64,000 nucleotides of DNA from Magallana gigas. Its lineage: Eukaryota. Below the pieces are notes generated by a model that was not told where the DNA came from, ran no database searches, and saw only the letters and a program-made list of their open reading frames with translations. The position numbers and the translations under genes were made by a program. This document shows, in pieces, positions 56,974 to 64,000 of this stretch (position 1 is its first letter; each line of letters opens with the position of its first letter). The DNA lies in the NCBI RefSeq assembly GCF_963853765.1, contig NC_088858.1:56544001-56608000 (forward strand), in the 5' to 3' direction.

Positions 56974-59900
56974 ATGATGATCTCCATGAAGGTCCTAGTT
57001 GTACTGTTCCTGTCTCGGGCAGCCATTGTGATGGCGCTGGACCCGGCCTCCTACCTCCAGGTAACCCTACTGCTCTGACAACGACTGTTCTTTCACTATC
57101 GCTTGTTAAAAAGAATAAAAACCTTTTCCCCCACACACTTGAGAAAGAATTCCATATAACAATGATGCATTAATTGTATGGATTGGGGAAACCAATGAGT
57201 TGCAATCAATGGATATTAATTGATAATACGCAATATTAGAAGGTATGTTTGATATTTTATTTTCCAAATCTACAACCGTCGAAAATGATATTGGAAAAAT
57301 AGTGTAAATTACTTCAAACAAAACCTATTTTTCCTAAGAATTAATAGATTTTATTACAAACGGTGGCTAAAAAACGATCTATAATTACTGAGATAGTGTC
57401 CTGATATCAATGATGGATTACATGTAGTTAGATGCATTGTGGTAAGAATCCATGCTGTACAGACATATATGTGTATACTAATGTACCATTGTTTTATTTA
57501 CAGGCACACAACACGTACAGAAGGAATGTCAGACCTAGAGCTGCTAACATGAAGGAATTGGTAGGTTTTAATCCCACTGGTCCCGCGCTTCATGTCTTCT
57601 TCTATATCATAGATTGGTTTGATAACAATGCTGGATATAACAATCTTGTATAACTTACTTTCATGTATTTTTAATCTCAAAAATCAAAATCGGTATAAGT
57701 CATTAGTGCATATTATATACTAGTCGCTGCATTAGGTGTTGTTTGTTTTACCTAGGCTTACCCCACATCCGGGATACAACTGACAATTTTTTTTTTTGCA
57801 ATCTGAATGAATAAAGATTGCACAGATTTTGTCAAAAGGTAAAAAGCGTTTCAAGCTAGATTTGTTCTTCAATTAAAATGAACAGAAATGGAGTGAGGAA
57901 CTAGCTTCTAAAGCACAGAACTGGGCTTCGCAATGTTTAAACGAACCGGATCCTGTAACGTCATCACCCTCCTTCACTTGCGTGGGAGAACACCGTCATC
58001 TCGGTAAGTGTGCATAATTACCAAACATCAATTGATTCTTATTCCCTTCTCAATGAATGAATTTTTCACTTCTCAATGGCAAATATACTTGATCTTTGGT
58101 TTAATAAATTGGAATTAAAAACCCGGTATAATACGCCCGTCTGTCTGTCCGTCAAATTGTTGAATCTGGTTGATAGGTTTTTAACGGAAATATTGAAAGC
58201 TTATCGTTACAAATGTTGCTAATGAGCTGTGTGTGTGTTGAAAGCCTTATCCGACGTCATTTGATCGAGGCTAAGGTTATATCGAAGGCCCCTATTGCTA
58301 GTCTACAGTTAAATTCTTCAAATTCAATTTACAGATAAATTTCAATAGTGTATCATTTAATTTTCATTCGTTTGATGAGATATCGGCGCTTCTGATTGGC
58401 CGAAAAATTTCTTTGTTACCTGCATCAATTAAATTTTTGCTGCATTGTTTATAGAACGGTTATTTCCAAAATAAACAGTCAGCAAAGTGTAAAGTTGTGT
58501 CTGTTTAATTGTCAGCAAACAAAACACAAATTTATAAATATAAAAAATTAAAAGTTTCACCTTCCAATATAAACAATACACATTGTTTAATTCACCAAAA
58601 AGAAAATCAAGCGTCTTCTGACGATTTTATCTGCTTGAGATCAATCAACATTTACTGCGAGGATGGCTGTTCCTTTTCCAGGAATAATTATAACGAACAT
58701 TGACCCGAAAACTTTTTCATCAATGCGCGTAGCTTTCCGGTCAATTTTTTCTTTGTAACGCCAATCAATAGAAACATTATTATCTTCATTTCTTAATTCA
58801 TATAGATGTGATTTTCTGGTCTATGGTATTTTTCTTGTATATAATATTTTGGCAATAGGTTACGGAACCCCAACAGCGTCCAATGCTGTGTCACTGTGGA
58901 CCTCTCAGTCCAACAACTATAACTACAGCAGCGATTACTGCAGCAGCAGGACGGCGTCCTGTGACAAATATAAACAGGTGCGAGAATACGGTATATAACA
59001 TTAAAATAGGTGCGAGTATACGGTATATAACATGAACAGGTTTTGCTGTACTGTAGATAACAAATTATTGTGCGATAATACTGTATATAGCATAAACAGT
59101 TGCGAGTATACGGTATATAGCATAAGAAGATGCGAGTTTACGGTGCATTACATAAAGAGGTGCTAGTATAATGTATATAACTTACAGGTGTGATAATACG
59201 GTAGATAACAAACAAGTGCGAATACAAAGTTTATATTATTATAGTTTCATGTATAATACTGAAATTTGATTGGTTTAGACGCAGTTGATAATCCGTTTTA
59301 TTATACTTTCATGTTAAATACTGAAATCTGATTGGATTAGACGCATTTGGTAATCTGTTCTATTACCCTCAGCGTTAGCAACACACTTCGCGTCGGTTGA
59401 CAATGGTTGTCTCGGGGTGTCAATTTCAACAGTTACCCTCCCAAACAGGCACTATTTATATACTATTTTCCTCAGCGTTAGCAACACACTAAGCAACCGG
59501 TAACACAACGAATTGCTACATGCGCGTAAATCATGCGCGTAAATCATGCGCGTACGGTTCGCCGTAGAATTCACGTCATTTCTATACAAAAAATTCTCTA
59601 AAATTAAGACATTCAGTATAATAAGATAAATAGTGCCTATTTGGGATGATAACAGTTGAAATTGACACTTCTCTAAACACCATTGTCATCATCCGCTTCG
59701 CGTCGGTTGACAATGGTTTCCTCTGGGTGTCAATTTCAACTGTTACCCTCCCAAACAGGCACTATTTATAAGTATAACCAGGTGCGAATATACGGTATAT
59801 AATATAACCATGTGCGAATTCGAATATACTGTATATAATTTAAACAGGTGCCAGGATTTGGAAAATATCATATACAGGTGCAAGTAGACGGTATATAAAC

Positions 59901-62134
59901 AGGTGCAAGTATATATTTAACATTATTATACTTTCATGTTACATGTAAATACTAAAATCTGATTGGTTTAGACGCAGTTGATTATCCGTTCTATTACCCT
60001 CAGCGTTAGCAACACACTTAGCAACGGGTAACATAACGAATTGTTACATGCGCGTAAATGATGCGCGTACGGTTCGCAGTAGAATTCAAGTCATTCCTAT
60101 AGAAAAGCATTGAAGTTTTCTTTAAAATTGACATTCAGTATGATAAAATAAATAGTGCCTGTTTGGGAGGATAACAGTTGAAATCGACACCCCTCGAAAA
60201 CTATTGTCAACCTCCGCTTCGCGTCGGTTGACAATGGTTTTCTCGGGGTGTCAATTTCAACTGTTACCCTCCCAAACAGGCACTATTTATATAATGTCAT
60301 GCCGGTATATGAATATGCTAAAAACGTTATCAAGAACATCCTCATTGGCCGTTATTCAAAACATGCGCTCTTTTTATTTAATTTAAAGCAAACTGAAGAG
60401 GTTTATTTACATTTCTACTACAGAGACACATTTTCTGTAAAGAAATCATTTGAAAACGGCAAGTGTATCCTCCACAATCGATTAAAAAGCAAAAGCTAAA
60501 CATTTTAATGTTTTTGCTCTACGTTTGTCACATCTCGTATAAACAGGTTGTCTGGGCTGACACAGAACACTTAGGGTGTGCCGAACAGAGATGTCAGGCG
60601 GGAACCCTGGTGGTCTGTAACTATGGACCTGGGTAAGATATATTCAGGTCTTAACTTTTCTAATGCAAACGAATAATGTACTATTGTCTGTAACTTTGGA
60701 CCTGTGTAAGCTATGGCAGCTCACTCAGGTGACTAACTGCAATTGGTATCGTCCGTCATCTTATTACAAGGCCAATAGTAACCATTATTGGTGCGAATCT
60801 AAATTGTAACATTCATGGCCTTCGGGATTTATGGCCCTTGGATTAGGGGTTCAGGCTTAATTGTTGGGCCAAAATGGCAATATAGTAAAAATGAATTAAA
60901 TCTTAGAAAATCTTTTTCTCTACTCCCGTATATATTTGAGAAAAAATTAATGCATGATTTTTATGTCCATGAAGCCCTCTAACAAAATTTAGAAATTAAT
61001 GACCCCTGGTTTAGGGATTCAGGCCCTAGGGCTGGGCAAATATAGCAATATAGGGAAATGAATTGTATCTTAGAAAATCTTCATCTCTACTTCCATATAT
61101 GTTTGTTGAAAAAAACTTAATGGATGGTTATGATGTACAGGAAGTACCTCCCTCATTGTGAAATTCATGGCCCCTGGGTTGTTAGGGGTTCAGGCCCAAG
61201 AGCAGGGCCAATATTGCCATATTGTAAAACATATCAAATCTTAAAAATCTTTTTCTCTACTTCCATATTTATTTGAGAAAAGTTAATTTCATAGTTATAA
61301 TGGCTAAAATGTAAAATTCACGGTCATTGGGTCAGGTGTTAAGGCTATAGGAGAGAGCCAAAATGTCCAAATAGTGAAAATGTATTGATTTGATATAATA
61401 TTTTTGTGTACTACCACGGTCATGAGAGATATTGACGTGCATTGCTATTAATGTTCATAATGTCGTTATAATAAATTGTGAAATTTACTGCCCAGGCCAT
61501 GTACTATTGGGGGGAGGCGGGGGCTTTTTAAATATGGGCATATAAAATTAACATGTATTTCCACTTAGGGTAATTGCTGTGTGTCATGCATTAACAATTT
61601 GAACTTTAAAAAAAAATACATGGTAAATTGTGATTTGGCAATATTGAAAAAATTATATGTTCAATTTTAGGAAATATACTTAAATATCCTGTGCATTATA
61701 TACTTGTAGAAGTAAGCTGTATGCAATTTGTGTGCATTAAAAATGAAACTGCATGTGAATATAATTTAAAAAAATGACCTTTAAAGGCCTGCGGTTCTCT
61801 TATTACCCAAACTTTAAATCTTTTGGCCCCTGGAACTAAGGTATAGATAATCAGAGATTCATACGACGTTTGAGCCTCACCCCATTTTTATGAATGAATA
61901 TTTTTCAAACATCAAACATAAGCGCGCTAATAGATAAACATGTCAATTTATTCTTGCGTTTTCATATCTTATTAAAGAACGAGTACTACCGATTTTGATT
62001 GATACACTTTTTATGTTTCAATTTGTAGAGCAAAACCAAGCGGTCGTCCATACAAGGACGGTTTCCCATGCACTCTCTGTCCACCTGGATATTCATGTGA
62101 AAGTGGACTGTGTAAAAAACACCAGTCAATTTAA
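56974..62134 (+). CDS. Secreted CAP/SCP-superfamily protein (GLIPR1/PI16/CRISP-like); 190 aa
   Basis: Exons 56974-57060 (hydrophobic signal), 57504-57560 (AHNTYRR..A.NMKEL), 57886-58003 (KWSEELASKAQNWASQC), 58859-58977 (AVSLW...NYNYSSDYC...YKQ), 60547-60632 (VVWADTEHLGCA...VVCNYGPG), 62029-62134 (PYKDGFPCTLCPPGYSCESGLC hinge, stop); 573 nt, phases consistent. Confidence 0.9.
58972..59910 (+). repeat. ~30-bp degenerate repeat seeded from the CAP-gene donor (AACAG|GTGCGAGAATACGGTATAT)
   Basis: The first unit is the real donor of exon 58859-58977; interrupted by hairpin elements. Confidence 0.8.
59235..59772 (+). mobile_element. Rearranged head-to-tail multimer of the long-hairpin element (copy D)
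   Basis: A partial 5' end, then an internally deleted copy, then a 5'-truncated copy with full hairpin, all in the same orientation. Confidence 0.85.
59922..60295 (+). mobile_element. Long-hairpin element, copy E (full length)
   Basis: ATTATTATACTTTCATG start and CAGGCACTATTTATATAAT end. Confidence 0.9.
60710..61500 (+). repeat. ~3.5 units of a ~168-bp Cg170-like oyster satellite inside a HINE-like element
   Basis: Unit GGGGTTCAGGCC...AAAATCTT...CTCTACT...ATGTCCATGAAGCCCTCTA...AAATT repeats at ~60845, ~61011, ~61183 and ~61331; similarity to Cg170 is from recall, not a search. Confidence 0.65.
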
Positions 62135-62705
62135 CCAGGTCTATTACTAATTTCTACTGATCAAAGAAGTTTACCAACTGAATCTTGGACAAATGATTTA
62201 ATGTGTTTCTCAATTGTTTGTCTATTTTGATACAGATTGCATGTTTGTCATTTGAGAAGTTGTTGCAAATATGTAAATAAATAAAAAAAATAGTTTGACT
62301 TCAGATATATTTCATAAACAAGGAACTGTTCTGATTCAGATTATTACAAAACAGAAATGTAGTTAAATTTTAAAAGCAGCCAATATTACCCATCTATTTC
62401 AAAAGACTTTTTTGAAGCTCTTAATTCACAGTGAAGGTTGGCAGCTAAAATTATTGACAATGATCATAACACTGTATATGTCGATAACAATGATATTCGA
62501 ATTTAAAACCAATGATAAAGTTTATAAAAATAATTTTTCTAATAAAATTTCAATTTGAATTACACTTTTATTGTTTAGTTTTTACCTTGTTTTTATTGGC
62601 TTAACTGATTTGAAGGTTTTCAAACAACTGCGTTCCATCATCCGTCAGATCGTCCATCTGTATGTAAACTGTTTACATATTAAATCAAACAAAGTACAAA
62701 ACATT

Positions 62706-62732
62706 ATGGAAGAGACTTCCGCAATTTTAAAA
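62706..62732 (+). CDS. Possible first coding exon of a downstream gene (MEETSAILK)
   Basis: ATT-ATG start followed by donor AAA|GTAAGG and then a minisatellite, as in other introns here; no downstream exon within the window. Confidence 0.25.
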
Positions 62733-62757
62733 GTAAGGACGTGCATGTATCCTTCAA

Positions 62758-63807
62758 AGGGAAGATGGTCACAAAGCATGGGAAAATGGTCACAAAGAAT
62801 GGGAAGATGGTCACAAAGAATGGGAAGATGGTCACAAAGAATGGGAAGATGGTCACAAAGCATGGGAAGATGGTCACAAAGAATGGGAAGATGGTCACAA
62901 AGAATGGGAAGATGGTCACAAAGCATGGGAAGATGGTCACAAAGAATGGGAAAATGGTCACAAAGAATGGGAAGATGGTCACAAAGCATGGGAAGATGGT
63001 CACTAAGCAAAGGAAGATGGTCACAAAGCAAGGGAAGATGGTCACAAAGAATGGGAAGATGGTCACAAAGAATGAGAAGATGGTCACAAAGCATGGGATG
63101 ATGGTCACAAAGAATGGGAAGATGGTCACAAAGCATGGGATGATGGTCACAAAGCATGGGATGATGGTGACAAAGCATGGGAAGATGGTCACAAAGAATG
63201 GGAAGATGGTCACAAAGCATGGGATGATGGTCACAAAGCAAGGGATGATGGTCACAAAGAATGGGAAGATGGTCACAAAGCATGGGATGATGGTCACAAA
63301 GAATGGGAAGATGGTCACAAAGAATGGGAAGATGGTCACAAAGAATGGGAAGATGGTCACAAAGCATGGGATGATGGTCACAAAGCAAGGGAAGATGGTC
63401 ACAAAGAATGGGAAGATGGTCACAAAGCATGGGATGTTGGTCACAAAGAATGGTAAGATGGTCACAAAGAATGGGAAGATGGTCACAAAGAATGGGATGA
63501 TGGTCACAAAGCAAGGGAAGATGGTCACAAAGCATGGGAAGATGGTCACAAAGAATGGGAAGATGGTCACAAAGAATGGGAAGATGGTCACAAAGCATGG
63601 GAAGATGGTCACAAAGCAAGGGAAGATGGTCACAAAGAATGGGAAGATGGTCACAAAGAATGGGAAGATAGTCACAAAGCATGGTAAGATGGTCACAAAG
63701 CAAGGGAAGATGGTCACAAAGAATGGGAAGATGGTCACAAAGCATGGGAAGATGGTCACTAAGCAAGGGAAGATGGTCACAAAGCAAGGGAAGATGGCCA
63801 CAAAGCA
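62758..63807. repeat. 21-bp minisatellite (~50 copies; GGGAAGATGGTCACAAAG[AAT/CAT/CAA])
   Basis: Near-perfect array; explains the 360-380 aa ORFs on both strands. Confidence 0.97.
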
Positions 63808-64000
63808 GAGAAAAAAGAGTGTGTCATAAAAATCCTTTAAACCCAGTGCACCAAATATGCAAATACTTACAACAAACCTACATACACAACAACATATTTT
63901 GTTTACCTTTTAGTTAAGTAATATTTATCATAAGCAATGTATTTACATATTTATCATTTTAAACATCGTATTTCATGCACATACTCTTAGTTTGATTATT

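Noticed and set aside
62571-63917. Long 176-380 aa ORFs on both strands
   Set aside because: Produced by a 21-bp (multiple of 3) unit that lacks stops; overlapping ORFs in several frames indicate an artefact.

Overview
AT-rich, intron-rich eukaryotic DNA, most likely a bivalve (oyster-like, inferred from a recalled Cg170-like satellite and the repeat types). No prokaryotic features, rRNA, functional tRNA or CRISPR. Five spliced protein-coding genes were rebuilt by hand: (1) a long-tailed class I myosin (MYO1E/F type, +, 29 coding exons, ~1104 aa, 2690-20144) with a probable U12-type intron and a candidate 39-nt cassette exon; (2, 3) two small secreted cysteine-rich peptide genes arranged head-to-head (minus 28941-25241, plus 31795-32676), absent from the ORF track and sharing the motif C-x8-C-x-G-C-F-Y-x3-Q-H-Q-C-C-C-P, which I cannot assign to a known family (the main candidate for an undescribed system); (4) TRAF3 (+, 9 coding exons, 561 aa, 45320-56281); (5) a secreted CAP/SCP-domain protein that appears to lack the conserved histidines (+, 6 exons, 190 aa, 56974-62134). 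A sixth gene may begin near 62706. Introns and intergenic DNA carry tandem arrays seeded from splice donors and many non-autonomous transposons: long-hairpin elements, IS3EU-like and Mutator-like foldbacks, Kolobok-like MITEs (one family carrying a tRNA-Arg-derived core), a CAC...GTG TIR pair and a LINE 3' end. Most ORF-track entries are repeat artefacts or exon fragments. All coordinates and translations were done by eye and may be off by a few bases.
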